64,000 nucleotides of DNA from a virus (IMGVR_UViG_3300002141_000152:1-64000); one strand, 5' to 3'. Numbered from the stretch's first letter, positions 17,662-28,668 are shown. Numbers and translations are program-made. Notes: generated by a model from the sequence alone, not told the origin.

Positions 17662-19629
17662 TTATTTGCGATAATCAGCTTGGCGCTGAATCATCTCAAT
17701 ATAACCTTGAGAGTAACCTCTCTGCATCTCAACCACCTGATTTACAGGTACTAGGCCTTCTGTACTTTGACTTTCGTTGAGTTGTGCTTTTATTTTTGTG
17801 TTATTTTTTGCTATTTCAATTCTTTCGTTCATGCCTCTAAGATCTAAATCGTCCCAGAAATATTTAGCTTGATACGGAGTTTTTATGTTATATAGGTCTG
17901 ATTTTGCTGCAACTTTTGCTTTTTCATTCACAGTCATCGATTCGAATGCTTGCTTGTATTCAGCTGGCATAAATTTGATGTATGCTGGAACCTTTGCATT
18001 TTTGTGAGTAATTACTGCTTCCATAATGTTTACAACATCTGCTTCACTAAACCAAACTGATGCATTAATTGTTTCAACAATTGAGTGCTTTGTCTCAGAG
18101 TCAAGAGCATAAAATGCTTTTCGTTTAGCTTCAGTTATTACTTTTAAGAATGGATATTTACCTTCTAGAACTGCTTTTGCTGATTTATCATTTACTTCAG
18201 TGATAACTTTATCAATTTTAGAAACTAGTGAATCGACTGTAGTTGATTCGTTAATTTTAGAAACTGATCCAAGAACATTACGTTTTTGAGTAGCGGTACC
18301 ACCATCATTTAATGATTCAGCAAGGTATTCAGTGTAACCAATAGTTTGACTTAATTTCTCAGCAACATATTGTTGATACTCACGATTTAGGTTAATATTC
18401 TCAGCTAAGTGCTCAGCATATTCAATTCCTTTGTTTGAACCATTTGCAACATACTCAGTATACTGTAATCCTTTGTCTAACTCTTCAGCTAGGTAGTTTT
18501 GGTATTTAAGTGAATTGTTTAAGTTTTCTTTAATATACTCTGCGTAATTAATCGATTGATTTAATTTCTCAGTCATATAATCTTGGTGATTAATGCTTTG
18601 ATTTAATTTCTCACCAACATAATTAGTGTATTCAATACTGTTGTTCGAAGTTTCTGCAACATGCTCAGTATATTTAATTGACTCATTAAGCTTATTAGAA
18701 ATATAATCAGCATAATTAATAACTCCTTCAAGTTGTTCTGCTAAATAATTAACGAAACCTGCAAGTTTTAATTCACGAGTACCAGAATCAGCAGACTCAA
18801 GTACTACTTTATGTGCGCTTAATTCTTTTTTAATACCAGAAAACTGATTTTTTAAGACTTCTGAGTACTGATCCATTTGTTCTCTTGTTACAAAATCGGC
18901 CATTGTTGTGCTATTTTTTTGTGTTTTTGGAGTCGACTGGAAGATGCTTCCTAACTCTTTATTTGAATTATTTATCTTATAAACTTTGAAATTATCTGCA
19001 AAATTTAAACTTTCAGATACATCAACTAAATTTTTAGCAGAAATAAATGAAACTTCTTTTAGGTGACTATAACTTTCAGTAATCATTTGGAATTCGCTTT
19101 TCAACGATTCGCTTACTGTTTGTTTTAAAATAGCTTCAGTGAAACCCGGCTCACCAACTAGGTCATATGTAAATATTCTTTGTAATGTAACACGACCACT
19201 TTCATTCACTGTTCCTGCTGCTCTTGAAGAGATTGATAATTGTACTCCACCATCAATTAGAGCTTTTGCAATTTTTCCAGTAGGAGTGTTTTCTAGGATC
19301 CTAAGTTTAATAAAGACTCGGTTATCACCATCATAGTTTAGTTTTTCAATAATATGTGATGCTTCTGTTAACTTTGGTTCAAAATGTTGTGGGTGGTCGA
19401 GTGTCCCAACTAACTGCTTCTTAGTAATCTTTTCATTAAGATATCCAAGATGTGGCAAGTATTCGTTCTTTTCATAAACTCTACGATTGTTATTCATTTC
19501 ACCGAATACTGCGCAAACTCCTTCTAAAACGGTACCGGTTTGTCCACTGGTTTGTACTTGAAGTGCCTGACCGACATTCTCAATGATAAGGACAACTGGA
19601 TCACTTAACTTATTTTTTGAATTTAGCAA
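17662..19629 (-). CDS. Prohead protease (gp21-like) fused to a scaffolding/core domain
   Basis: N.NRRVY, GTLDHP, SHII, ISSRAAG, YDLV.EPGF protease motifs; C-terminal helical 14-aa repeats; upstream of the capsid gene. Confidence 0.88.
   Translation of the reverse strand: MLNSKNKLSDPVVLIIENVGQALQVQTSGQTGTVLEGVCAVFGEMNNNRRVYEKNEYLPHLGYLNEKITKKQLVGTLDHPQHFEPKLTEASHIIEKLNYDGDNRVFIKLRILENTPTGKIAKALIDGGVQLSISSRAAGTVNESGRVTLQRIFTYDLVGEPGFTEAILKQTVSESLKSEFQMITESYSHLKEVSFISAKNLVDVSESLNFADNFKVYKINNSNKELGSIFQSTPKTQKNSTTMADFVTREQMDQYSEVLKNQFSGIKKELSAHKVVLESADSGTRELKLAGFVNYLAEQLEGVINYADYISNKLNESIKYTEHVAETSNNSIEYTNYVGEKLNQSINHQDYMTEKLNQSINYAEYIKENLNNSLKYQNYLAEELDKGLQYTEYVANGSNKGIEYAEHLAENINLNREYQQYVAEKLSQTIGYTEYLAESLNDGGTATQKRNVLGSVSKINESTTVDSLVSKIDKVITEVNDKSAKAVLEGKYPFLKVITEAKRKAFYALDSETKHSIVETINASVWFSEADVVNIMEAVITHKNAKVPAYIKFMPAEYKQAFESMTVNEKAKVAAKSDLYNIKTPYQAKYFWDDLDLRGMNERIEIAKNNTKIKAQLNESQSTEGLVPVNQVVEMQRGYSQGYIEMIQRQADYRK
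18967..18976 (-). promoter_or_regulatory. Late-promoter-like motif inside the protease gene, upstream of an in-frame ATG at 18903
   Basis: GATAAATAAT matches the motif found upstream of structural genes. Confidence 0.5.
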
Positions 19630-19643
19630 AGTCTTAAATTTTT

Positions 19644-19654
19644 TTATTATTTAT
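19644..19654 (-). promoter_or_regulatory. Late-promoter-like motif ATAAATAATAA for the head operon
   Basis: Same motif recurs before more than 10 late genes; resembles T4 late TATAAATA. Confidence 0.7.
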
Positions 19655-19686
19655 TAAGGCTTATATTAAAAAATTCATAGGCACTA

Positions 19687-20679
19687 TTAAATAGTGCTTA
19701 ATAAGGATAAGAATGTTTCTTTTTCTTCTTTATTTAATTTGGTTGGATCTGGTGTAATTATATCAAACTTAATGAGATAGTCTCCAAGTATGCCAGCGGC
19801 ATTGAGTATTCCTTCTGACGGTAATATGAACTTAAGATCAGTTAAGCTTCTCGGCTGATTTATTTCAGCATCATATTTTTTATTAAGGATAGTTTCAATA
19901 CGAATTTTTGAGTCTTTTGTAACAACTTTATAGAGCGGAATTTCAACACGATGTACAATTGTATTGTCAACTATTTCAATATTTTCTGGAACATCAAATC
20001 CAATCTCAACATAAAGATCTCCAAAAATTGGAACCTGTTCAATATCACCCCAAATATTTCGACGAGTATGCACATCTTCATTTCCAAGTTTGGTTACTCG
20101 AACTTTTGCAAAGTATTTAGAACCTTCTCGTTTGATTTGAAGATAAGTCTTACGTAAACTTAATTGAATACTAATCTCCTTCTCTTCATCTTCTCTAATA
20201 TAAGTAATAAGTTCACCGGCCTGTCCACTATATCGTATCTTTTTTCGAGTATATGACAATTCAATCTTCTTTCCAAGTATTGCATCAGATAGCGCACTTA
20301 TATCATTCACAGTTATGTCTAAATATGCTGTACTTGGCGGCGGAGTATGCTGTTTACCCTGAGATGCACGGCTTCGACTATTACTTGTTTCGTGAGATTG
20401 TCTAAACTGACTTGATGAAAACTGTCCGCCATATGATTTGACGAATTCATCATAGTTATAGGTAGTATGTGTACTCTGTTTTGGCAAATCATAGTGTTTT
20501 CTCTTTGTTTCATCACTGAGAACTTCGTATGCTTCTACAATAGATTTGAATTTATCCTCTGCTGCTTTATCCTCTGGATTCTTATCAGGGTGATGTTTTA
20601 AAGCCAGCGAACGATATGCTTTTTTAATTTCAGCCGATGTTGCTGTTTTTGGAATACCTAATATCGAATAATAATCCAT
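19687..20679 (-). CDS. dnaJ: DnaJ-family co-chaperone
   Basis: MDYYSILG...EIKKAYR.LA.KHHPDKN J-domain and DnaJ C-terminal GDLYV pattern. Confidence 0.85.
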   Translation of the reverse strand: MDYYSILGIPKTATSAEIKKAYRSLALKHHPDKNPEDKAAEDKFKSIVEAYEVLSDETKRKHYDLPKQSTHTTYNYDEFVKSYGGQFSSSQFRQSHETSNSRSRASQGKQHTPPPSTAYLDITVNDISALSDAILGKKIELSYTRKKIRYSGQAGELITYIREDEEKEISIQLSLRKTYLQIKREGSKYFAKVRVTKLGNEDVHTRRNIWGDIEQVPIFGDLYVEIGFDVPENIEIVDNTIVHRVEIPLYKVVTKDSKIRIETILNKKYDAEINQPRSLTDLKFILPSEGILNAAGILGDYLIKFDIITPDPTKLNKEEKETFLSLLSTI

Positions 20680-20685
20680 TTGTCT

Positions 20686-20713
20686 AAACTTTTTGTCATC
20701 TATATTGTATAAA
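20686..20713 (+). promoter_or_regulatory. Putative promoter AAAC-N18-TATAAA of the glycan island
   Basis: Instance of the recurring bipartite motif. Confidence 0.55.
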
Positions 20714-20735
20714 AAAAAAAGAAAAAGTTCTACCT

Positions 20736-21356
20736 GTGTCAGTTTTAATTAAAAATTTACGAGAATTTATCGGTATACACAAAGGTGAAAATATTGTAGT
20801 ATGTGGCTGTGGCATGTCTCTACTTCCATTCAAGGCTGTTCACTCTAAATATATTACAATCGGCGTAAATGACGTGCCTGCACTATTTCAACCAACCTAT
20901 TTAGTCGTTACTGATCATCCAAACCGGTTTGGTGTAGATCGACGGCGTAAGCTAGTCAATGAATCAACCGCAAAATACCTTTTTACTTGTGCAAAAGGCT
21001 GGCGGCATAAAAATTTAGTAAATTTTGAGCTTGGTTCAAAGGCAATCAAACATCTTGATGATCCAAATCGAATCGACCATTTTGTTAATTCACCCTATAC
21101 TGCAATTGGGCTTGCATATAAGCTTGGTGCAAAGAATATTGGATTAATTGGCGTCGATTTTACAAATGGACACTTCTATAATCCAAAAGATGGAGCCCAT
21201 CCGGTAATTCAAATAAATTATCTTAAAAAAGTAAATTCTGCCTATTTTAGTTTAAAACTTGAACTTGAAAAACGTGGAGTTTCGTTATATAATCTTAGCC
21301 AGCAAAGTCTGGTTGACCTACCAAAAATAACTCTCGATCAATTCGATAAACTATGA
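20736..21356 (+). CDS. Maf/DUF115-like protein (putative nonulosonic acid transferase)
   Basis: [42 protein letters not shown] pattern. Confidence 0.7.
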   Translation: MSVLIKNLREFIGIHKGENIVVCGCGMSLLPFKAVHSKYITIGVNDVPALFQPTYLVVTDHPNRFGVDRRRKLVNESTAKYLFTCAKGWRHKNLVNFELGSKAIKHLDDPNRIDHFVNSPYTAIGLAYKLGAKNIGLIGVDFTNGHFYNPKDGAHPVIQINYLKKVNSAYFSLKLELEKRGVSLYNLSQQSLVDLPKITLDQFDKL

Positions 21357-22000
21357 AAATAATTATTCCAGCAAGACTTGGATCGAAGGGGTTACCTCTT
21401 AAAAATCGTACTCTTTTTGAACATACTGCTAAAACTATACCTGAAAACTTAATAAGTTCAGTTATTGTAACAACTGATGACCCAATAATTAGTGTGCAGG
21501 CAAAAGATTATGGATTTACTGTTATTCGTCGACCGGATGAACTGGCAGAAGATAATACTTCTGTTCGAGATGTTCTTATGCATGTGATTAATTCAATCCA
21601 TACTAAACCGGAAGAATTAATTGTGACGCTCTACCTAACCTATCCTCAGCGTACTTGGGAGGATATTGAATCAGCTATTAATTTCTTCCTAGAGTATTAT
21701 CACCGCGGATTAACTGATTCACTGCTGTGTAAAAAAGAAGCACCGGTACATCCATATCTTTGTCTTTGTGAACATGGAGTAGATGGAATATTTGGACGAC
21801 AACTTGTCACACATGACCTATATCGACGTCAAGATTATCCAAAGGTCTTTGAAATAAGTCATTTTATTTCAATATTTATCGCAGGTAAAACATATAATCT
21901 AAATAGTAATCTCTACTGCGATACTACGGTATTTTATCCAATATCTAACACAATTGATGTTGACACTCAAAAAGAACTAGACCAATTTAATGAACATTAA
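21353..22000 (+). CDS. neuA: Acylneuraminate cytidylyltransferase (CMP-nonulosonate synthetase)
   Basis: IIPARLGSKGLPLKN, VTTDD, RP.ELA.D, RRQD, IDVDT..D. Confidence 0.88.
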   Translation: MKIIIPARLGSKGLPLKNRTLFEHTAKTIPENLISSVIVTTDDPIISVQAKDYGFTVIRRPDELAEDNTSVRDVLMHVINSIHTKPEELIVTLYLTYPQRTWEDIESAINFFLEYYHRGLTDSLLCKKEAPVHPYLCLCEHGVDGIFGRQLVTHDLYRRQDYPKVFEISHFISIFIAGKTYNLNSNLYCDTTVFYPISNTIDVDTQKELDQFNEH

Positions 22001-23498
22001 TATTGCAACTGAAATTAGTGATACCTCGTTTCATTTTACTCGAACGAGCGTTTTTAGCTTTATTGAAACAAATAAGTGGTTTAACGGTACGATATATCTT
22101 ATATCTCATCAGAGTTTGCCGGTATCTGATCGAAACATTGAGATAATTCGATCGATTTATCCAAAGGTCGAAGTCCTCGATGTTACTGGAGATCCAGTCT
22201 TTGCAAAATATTTGAATGTTTCATCTCGTCAAAATACTAGTGCTGAACTCTATTCAGATTTGCGATTCGCTCTATTTAATTTAGAACTATCTAATATATT
22301 GTTCTTTTCAAGTTCAAGTATCTTTTTTAGTGCCGTAACCGACATTCTTTCAGCAAATACATTTACTGCCTCACGCGATCTAAATTTATTTTATTTAGCC
22401 AGACCTCTAACTATTTCAAAATTCTTAGCTTCCGGCGAGTTAAAGAAATATATTTTAGATCAAGCTGTTGATTCTACCGGCATCTCATATATGTCTTCAG
22501 AATTTATTGATTCAAAATTTCATCAGTTAACTGGGAAATTAGCCGGGGCGCAATTTATAACATTTGACACATTTGGCTCAACCGCACAAAAATATACTAG
22601 AATAAACCTGGTATGGTTACATAAAAATCATATTATTTCTCAGAAACTATTAAGGCCAAGTTCATTTACTAAAATCAGCCCACCGACTATTCCACCGAGT
22701 CGTAAAGATGAACCATATCGTAAAAAGCAACTGGATCTTAAAACGCAACTAGATCGTAAAGAGAAACCGCTGCCTCTTTCAACTCGTAGTGGAGTGCCGC
22801 TTGATGGAATCAGTATAATTATTCCTGCACATAAAGCGAGTGACTATATTGAAGCTTGTCTAGATTCTATGAGATGTTTAACAATACCGACTGAAATATT
22901 AGTTGGAGTCGATAATTGTGACTCTACTCTAATTAAATTAACTCAAATTCAAGAAAAATATCTAAATTTAAAAATATTTAGAACGAATAAGTCAGTTGGA
23001 CCCTATATTATTCGAAATAGTTTAGTCGAGCATATCAACTATTCAAATATCTTATTTTTTGATGCTGATGATATTATGAAAGACTCACTGTTTACCATGC
23101 TTTCAACACACAATAATGGATCTTCTCAAATAAGATTCAAATACACAAATTTTAAGAATAATGCCGATCCAAGTAGGTCAATTAATATAAATTCAAAGGT
23201 TGCACATGGAGTCTTCTTCATACCTGCAGCAACGTTTAAAAAAGTAGGTGGGTTTCAGCCTTGGATATGCGGTGCTGATACTGAATTTATTAAACGGAGT
23301 CTCGCGAATAACCTGCACACTATTGAAATTAATCACTGCCTATTCTATCGTCGAATCCATGCAGAGAGCCTAACTAACACTTCAAGGACAGGGTATGGCT
23401 CAGGTCTTAGAAAAGCAAATAGTGCATGGATTAAAGCAAATAAAAATTGGAAAATTCCAATTATTAAGAAAACAACTCCATTAGAAAAAATAAATTAA
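21990..23498 (+). CDS. Two-domain glycosyltransferase (degenerate GT-A N-terminus, GT2 C-terminus)
   Basis: C-terminal ISIIIPAH, GVDNC, GPYIIRN, FFDADD, GADTEF. Confidence 0.75.
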   Translation: MNINIATEISDTSFHFTRTSVFSFIETNKWFNGTIYLISHQSLPVSDRNIEIIRSIYPKVEVLDVTGDPVFAKYLNVSSRQNTSAELYSDLRFALFNLELSNILFFSSSSIFFSAVTDILSANTFTASRDLNLFYLARPLTISKFLASGELKKYILDQAVDSTGISYMSSEFIDSKFHQLTGKLAGAQFITFDTFGSTAQKYTRINLVWLHKNHIISQKLLRPSSFTKISPPTIPPSRKDEPYRKKQLDLKTQLDRKEKPLPLSTRSGVPLDGISIIIPAHKASDYIEACLDSMRCLTIPTEILVGVDNCDSTLIKLTQIQEKYLNLKIFRTNKSVGPYIIRNSLVEHINYSNILFFDADDIMKDSLFTMLSTHNNGSSQIRFKYTNFKNNADPSRSININSKVAHGVFFIPAATFKKVGGFQPWICGADTEFIKRSLANNLHTIEINHCLFYRRIHAESLTNTSRTGYGSGLRKANSAWIKANKNWKIPIIKKTTPLEKIN

Positions 23499-23511
23499 AA
23501 AAAATAAATTA

Positions 23512-24123
23512 ATGATGAATCATATTATTGTAACAAAATTGAATTTTAAAGATCGTGTGCTTCTTAATAAGTATTTGGAAATTACAAAGGCTGTCCTAAT
23601 TCCTGCATTAAAGTCACAAAAACAAAAGAATTTTACTTGGGTGTTACTTACGAATCGAGCAGATACTGAATACTTACAAAAGGAACTCGATTTTCCATTT
23701 GTTCCAATTTATGGAGTTGCTTCGCTATTACAATATTGTATTGAGCACAAGTGTCATATACAAACTCGACATGATTGTGATGATTGGATGTCACAGGAGT
23801 ATGTCGCTGCAATACAAAAGGAGTATGTAAAAAACATAACCATGCATAACACATTTATTATACATACTCAGCCAATTAGAGTCGCATATTCGACTGGTGC
23901 AGAATCAACATTGTCTAGGTATCATAATACTCGATGTTCCATGTTCCTAAGTCTATGTCAAAAAAATGTCATACATCATGTTCTTGTAAAACAGCATGGT
24001 CAAATGTATGAACTTGCAAATTCAGTAATTAATTTAGGTACAGGTTATAATAAATGGATTATTCATGGAAATAATTTATCAATTGTACGAAGTCGACTCA
24101 AAAAAATATTAAGAAATAAATGA
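23512..24123 (+). CDS. Putative glycosyltransferase (rhamnosyltransferase-like GT-A)
   Basis: IP.LKSQ..KNFTW, TRHDCDD, W.IHG.N.S. Confidence 0.6.
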   Translation: MMNHIIVTKLNFKDRVLLNKYLEITKAVLIPALKSQKQKNFTWVLLTNRADTEYLQKELDFPFVPIYGVASLLQYCIEHKCHIQTRHDCDDWMSQEYVAAIQKEYVKNITMHNTFIIHTQPIRVAYSTGAESTLSRYHNTRCSMFLSLCQKNVIHHVLVKQHGQMYELANSVINLGTGYNKWIIHGNNLSIVRSRLKKILRNK

Positions 24124-24857
24124 TGAATTCTAAAACAGTAGATATATGTGTAGTTACTTACAATAGGCTTGAATATCTTAAGCTGTGTGTATGGTCAATA
24201 TTGGCGTCGACTAAAATTCCATATCGACTGTTTGTAATATCTGATAATTCTACCGATGGTACAAATGAATGGCTACTTAAAATGAAAAAGTTAGGTAAAA
24301 TCGATGAAGTCATAATTAACTCTGAAAACCTAGGAAGTGCTGAATCATTCAATAAAATAATCAGAGAAACTTCTTCTGAATATTTTGTGATGGCGTGTGA
24401 TGATATTTGGTTTCATAGGGGATGGGATACTGCCTCACTTAGTATTTTAAATAAATTTAACGACTGTGGAATAGTTACTTTTTTTAACATTCCTCAATTA
24501 AAAAGTTACGATCAATCGACTAAGATCGATGAAACGACGCATAGGATACGGGCAACAGGGCTTGGCGCTAGTATAGTTAGTCGAAAATTGTACGATGCTG
24601 CCGGAAAGTTTAGTCTTCCGGCTAACCTAAAAATGGGATATTTCGCTGGGCCATTCTGTGGTAAAGCAAATAAAACAAAGTTGGTTCGAAGGAACCAGTA
24701 TGTTACTGTTCCTGAATATGCAGTTCAAATGGATCGATATAATCCTGGTGGAAAAGGCAGACCTCCGTTGCACCAAGAATATCTTTATTTAGACTATAAT
24801 TCAAGAAGAAGCATTGAAAAAAAGAAGCACATCGCGCATAACCATCAAAAAAAGTAA
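24120..24857 (+). CDS. GT2 glycosyltransferase
   Basis: VVTYNRLEY, DNSTDGT, NLG, ACDD. Confidence 0.85.
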   Translation: MMNSKTVDICVVTYNRLEYLKLCVWSILASTKIPYRLFVISDNSTDGTNEWLLKMKKLGKIDEVIINSENLGSAESFNKIIRETSSEYFVMACDDIWFHRGWDTASLSILNKFNDCGIVTFFNIPQLKSYDQSTKIDETTHRIRATGLGASIVSRKLYDAAGKFSLPANLKMGYFAGPFCGKANKTKLVRRNQYVTVPEYAVQMDRYNPGGKGRPPLHQEYLYLDYNSRRSIEKKKHIAHNHQKK

Positions 24858-24862
24858 GTAAA

Positions 24863-25585
24863 GTGAAAAAGGTAAATAATAAAAGTAAAATAAGCATAAT
24901 AATTTCAGCATTTGCGGCTGACTTGTATATTAAGGAATGCTTAGTCTCAATAGACAACCAGACATATTTTAAAGAGTTTAACGATTATGAAATATTAGTT
25001 GGAATAGATGGCTGTCCATCTACTTTAGCTGAAGTTAGTAAGTTTAAGGACACTATTCGAAATTTAAAAGTAATATGGTTTCCTACTAACTCTGGCCCAT
25101 ATCTAGTCTTCAACACCTTGATATCACTGAGTAAGTTTCAATCGATTTCTATATTTGGAGCAGATGACATAATGGAAGAAAACTTCATTGAACATAATTT
25201 AAGTCTATTAGAAAATAATTCTTGTGTTTTTGCTATGGGCTGTAACTTTACTCATCCATACAGAGAAGAAAAGCAAAAAACCTATAACCCAGACGGCGGT
25301 ATCATATTTAATAAATCTAATTTTGTATCAATTAATGGTTTTGAACAATGGCGATGTGGAGCAGACAGTGATCTTAAAATTAGATTTAAACTACTTGGCT
25401 TAACTTTAATAGATGCTGACCTCCCTACGTATCTACGTAGATTACATAAAAATAGTTTGACGGCCGGTGCCACCACATATGGGTTCGGCGGAGAGTATAG
25501 AACAAATGTACAAAAAATAGTTAGATCTAGGGATACTCCTAATATAGAAAAATACTGTGTTCTTGCTGATTATAAAATAATTTAA
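24863..25585 (+). CDS. GT2 glycosyltransferase (similar to the C-terminal domain of 21990..23498)
   Basis: SIIISAF, GIDGC, GPYLVFN, GADD, GADSD, RR.H..SLT. Confidence 0.8.
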   Translation: MKKVNNKSKISIIISAFAADLYIKECLVSIDNQTYFKEFNDYEILVGIDGCPSTLAEVSKFKDTIRNLKVIWFPTNSGPYLVFNTLISLSKFQSISIFGADDIMEENFIEHNLSLLENNSCVFAMGCNFTHPYREEKQKTYNPDGGIIFNKSNFVSINGFEQWRCGADSDLKIRFKLLGLTLIDADLPTYLRRLHKNSLTAGATTYGFGGEYRTNVQKIVRSRDTPNIEKYCVLADYKII

Positions 25586-25590
25586 CATAA

Positions 25591-26325
25591 ATGAAGTCTA
25601 AAATAAAGCCTAAAATAATATTTTTAACTTGTACTTGGAATAGACCAAATATCACTAAAATTTTTAGAGATAATCTACTAGATATACAAAATAAAACCCA
25701 AGATTTATTTGAGTTTATTAACATCGTAATCGATAGTGATAATAGCAATTATGACATATTTAAAGATCACAGCTCCTTTATTTATCATAATTATGACAAT
25801 TTACCATTATCAAATAAATGGAATTATGGTAGTTCTCTATGCAGCTCTATAGACTTTGATTATATTATAATAATTGGCTCAGATGATATATTAGATGAAT
25901 CAATATTAACTAAATATTATGAATATATGATCGCAGGATATGACTTTATCGGACTATTAGATCTGTATGTTTATAATATGCCTACTGATAAATTATATTA
26001 TTGGCCAGGATACTCTGAGCCTACTCGAAAAGGAGAAACTATTGGATTAGGTAGGTGTTTATCTAATCACCTTGTCAAAAAATTAAAATATAATCTATGG
26101 CTTGATAATAAAAATAGTGTCCTTGATTCTAGTATGAATAAAAAAATTAATAAGGTGTCGAATATTAAAAAGATCACATTCTATTCTAAAGATATTGGGA
26201 TCTGTTGCGATATTAAAAGTAAAACTAATATCACTTCATTTTCTAAACTAAGTAAAAAGATGGATGAGATTGATCAAACTACTGTTAAATATAAAAAATT
26301 AAAATCAATGATTTATGAAAACTGA
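25591..26325 (+). CDS. GT-A fold glycosyltransferase
   Basis: TWNR, N.PLSNKWN, GSDD motif. Confidence 0.65.
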   Translation: MKSKIKPKIIFLTCTWNRPNITKIFRDNLLDIQNKTQDLFEFINIVIDSDNSNYDIFKDHSSFIYHNYDNLPLSNKWNYGSSLCSSIDFDYIIIIGSDDILDESILTKYYEYMIAGYDFIGLLDLYVYNMPTDKLYYWPGYSEPTRKGETIGLGRCLSNHLVKKLKYNLWLDNKNSVLDSSMNKKINKVSNIKKITFYSKDIGICCDIKSKTNITSFSKLSKKMDEIDQTTVKYKKLKSMIYEN

Positions 26326-27079
26326 GATTAAAATAACCGTTGCCCTTCCCTTATACAATATGGGAAAAATAGTTGAGCTCGCTCTACATGGTCTAGCTAA
26401 TCAAGAGACGATATATCCTTGGGAGTTAATAATATGCGAGGAAAATTTAGGAGATTATTATGGTCTTAAAAAATTCATGTCTTGGGAAAAAGATTTAAAG
26501 TCTAATGGATGTGTTAAGATACATTACATTAAATTGAAAGAATGGGTCCCACTCGGACAAAAATGGAAAATTTTAGCGCAAGCGGCATCAGATACTACGT
26601 GTTTTATTCTTCAAGCTGGCGATTGTCTACCACATAGTAAAAGGCTTCAGGAGACATGTGATGCTTTTGAAAAGATTAACTGTAATTATTATGATGAACA
26701 GCAAGGATACTTTTATTCGTATGCATTGAATAAAACGATTATCTTTAATCCTACTGAACTCTATAAACACCCATGTCGCTTAAACATGGCATGGTCGACT
26801 CAATTGATAAAGACACTGCCAGATAATACTATGAAAAGAAACGTTGATGGTTTCCTATGTTCTGAGCTTTCTAAAAAAGAGAAAATAATTAAATTTAGAA
26901 ATAATAGTTTCCACAATGATGGAGTAGACACAGATGGATATAATAATATTTCACGTCGATCAAGATTTTTTATGGAAAAATCTCAAATATTTCAGTCAAC
27001 TAACATTGATTTAATTAATGCGATCCCAATCTTGAATAAATTTAAAGGCTTGGAACTTACTAAAAATAAAATAAAATAA
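26315..27079 (+). CDS. GT-A fold glycosyltransferase-like protein
   Basis: VALPLYN, LANQ, ELIICE, QAGD. Confidence 0.55.
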   Translation: MKTEIKITVALPLYNMGKIVELALHGLANQETIYPWELIICEENLGDYYGLKKFMSWEKDLKSNGCVKIHYIKLKEWVPLGQKWKILAQAASDTTCFILQAGDCLPHSKRLQETCDAFEKINCNYYDEQQGYFYSYALNKTIIFNPTELYKHPCRLNMAWSTQLIKTLPDNTMKRNVDGFLCSELSKKEKIIKFRNNSFHNDGVDTDGYNNISRRSRFFMEKSQIFQSTNIDLINAIPILNKFKGLELTKNKIK

Positions 27080-27081
27080 TA

Positions 27082-27864
27082 ATGGTGATAAAACAAGCAA
27101 GAGTTTCGTCAACCTTAGAGAAATATTTTGGGAACGAGTTTAGAAGTAAATGGAAATTAGAGAAGTATTATGATCCGAACTTGCCGGCTATATTCTTGGG
27201 TCTATATAAGAATGAAGATTTTAATGCTTTCCTTTCCCATAAATCATTTAGATTATTTGTTTTAGGCGGATCTGATATGACTCCTAAAAATCTTTTAAGA
27301 TTACGTGAAGTAATAAATGACGGCAGAACTTTTACTTGTAATCCACCTGGTGAAATATCTGAAACTCTATCTAAAAATAACATTCCTCATAAGCATGTGT
27401 ATATTCAGATTAAGGACTATTCCAAATTTAAACCTGTTCCATTGGGCGATAAGATATATGTCTATTTTGGTGCTTCTAGACAAGACTTATCTTACTATAA
27501 GTGGGAAGAAATAGTAGAGCCGCTAATCTCACATTATGGTAAAGATAAGATACTCTTCACAAAAAACCAAACATCAGACTGCTTAATTAACTCAATATAT
27601 CCGCAAGCCTTTGTTTATATTAAGCCAACGGTTGCTGGAGGAGCCACTACAATGTGGGAACTTGGCCATATGGGAATCAGAACATTAGGCAACGGTGACC
27701 TTCGTCCTCCTAATTTTACTCAATATTTTAATGTTGATCATTTAATCTCATTGATAACAAAAGAAGAAAAATACATCGGTAAAACTAGAGTCGATGTTGC
27801 AAATGATGTTAGAGAACTTTTTGAAACTTCTAAAAATTGGCTTAATTTAGATTTTTGGAAATAA
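27082..27864 (+). CDS. Uncharacterised glycan-island protein (paralog of 30701..31435), possibly GT-B-like
   Basis: Shares Q..VS...YF...W.L..Y.DPN.P..F.G, PLG.K..VY, ELG.MGIRT and W.N.DFW with 30701..31435. Confidence 0.6.
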   Translation: MVIKQARVSSTLEKYFGNEFRSKWKLEKYYDPNLPAIFLGLYKNEDFNAFLSHKSFRLFVLGGSDMTPKNLLRLREVINDGRTFTCNPPGEISETLSKNNIPHKHVYIQIKDYSKFKPVPLGDKIYVYFGASRQDLSYYKWEEIVEPLISHYGKDKILFTKNQTSDCLINSIYPQAFVYIKPTVAGGATTMWELGHMGIRTLGNGDLRPPNFTQYFNVDHLISLITKEEKYIGKTRVDVANDVRELFETSKNWLNLDFWK

Positions 27865-27877
27865 TAAAAATACAAAT

Positions 27878-28666
27878 ATGGATAATATACAAACTAATGA
27901 ATTAGAAATTGGAAAAAACGTAATTATTTCTCCAAGTGCAATCATTCGAGGACTAAATGGTCCTGCAAAAAGAATAAAAATAGGTGATAACACGTACATT
28001 GGAGACAATGTACAAATAATAGTCGACGACTTAGAGATAGGCGACTATTGTAAAATTCACCATCACTGCAATTTACATGGATATAAACCATTGCGGATTG
28101 GTCACAATGCATGGATTGGACAATATACTATAATTGATAGCATTGGAGGAACAACAATTGGTGATAATTGCGGAATCGGCGCGCATTCTCAGTTATGGTC
28201 TCATATTTTATATGGGGATGATCTTGAAGGATGCAACTATAACTCCAGAAAAGAGCTCATAATTGGTAAAGACTGCTGGTTTGTCGGCCACTGTATCGTT
28301 TCTCCAATTATAGCAAAAGATAAATCTATGGCACTAGTAGGTTCAGTAATAACAAAAGATATGGAAGAAAATCATATTTATGGCGGATCTCCAGCAAAGG
28401 ATCTTACTGGAAAAATTCCATCACAATTTAAAAAAATAACATTAGATGAAAAATATGAAAAAATGAAAAATCATTATATGAGTTTCGGATCTCCTGAAAA
28501 TATTAAAATTATAACAGAAATTTCAGAAATTCAAGATGAAAATATTTCATATTTTAATGTTAGCGATAGAACGTACACTAAAAGACTTTCTGAAAATGAA
28601 ATATCATTTATGAAATATTTGCTTCCAACTAAAGCTAAATTTACTCCACTTAAAAAAATCAAATAA
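27878..28666 (+). CDS. Hexapeptide-repeat (left-handed beta-helix) acyltransferase
   Basis: Repeated IG.N..I hexapeptides; GSVITKD, GGSPAK. Confidence 0.85.
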   Translation: MDNIQTNELEIGKNVIISPSAIIRGLNGPAKRIKIGDNTYIGDNVQIIVDDLEIGDYCKIHHHCNLHGYKPLRIGHNAWIGQYTIIDSIGGTTIGDNCGIGAHSQLWSHILYGDDLEGCNYNSRKELIIGKDCWFVGHCIVSPIIAKDKSMALVGSVITKDMEENHIYGGSPAKDLTGKIPSQFKKITLDEKYEKMKNHYMSFGSPENIKIITEISEIQDENISYFNVSDRTYTKRLSENEISFMKYLLPTKAKFTPLKKIK

Positions 28667-28668
28667 TT

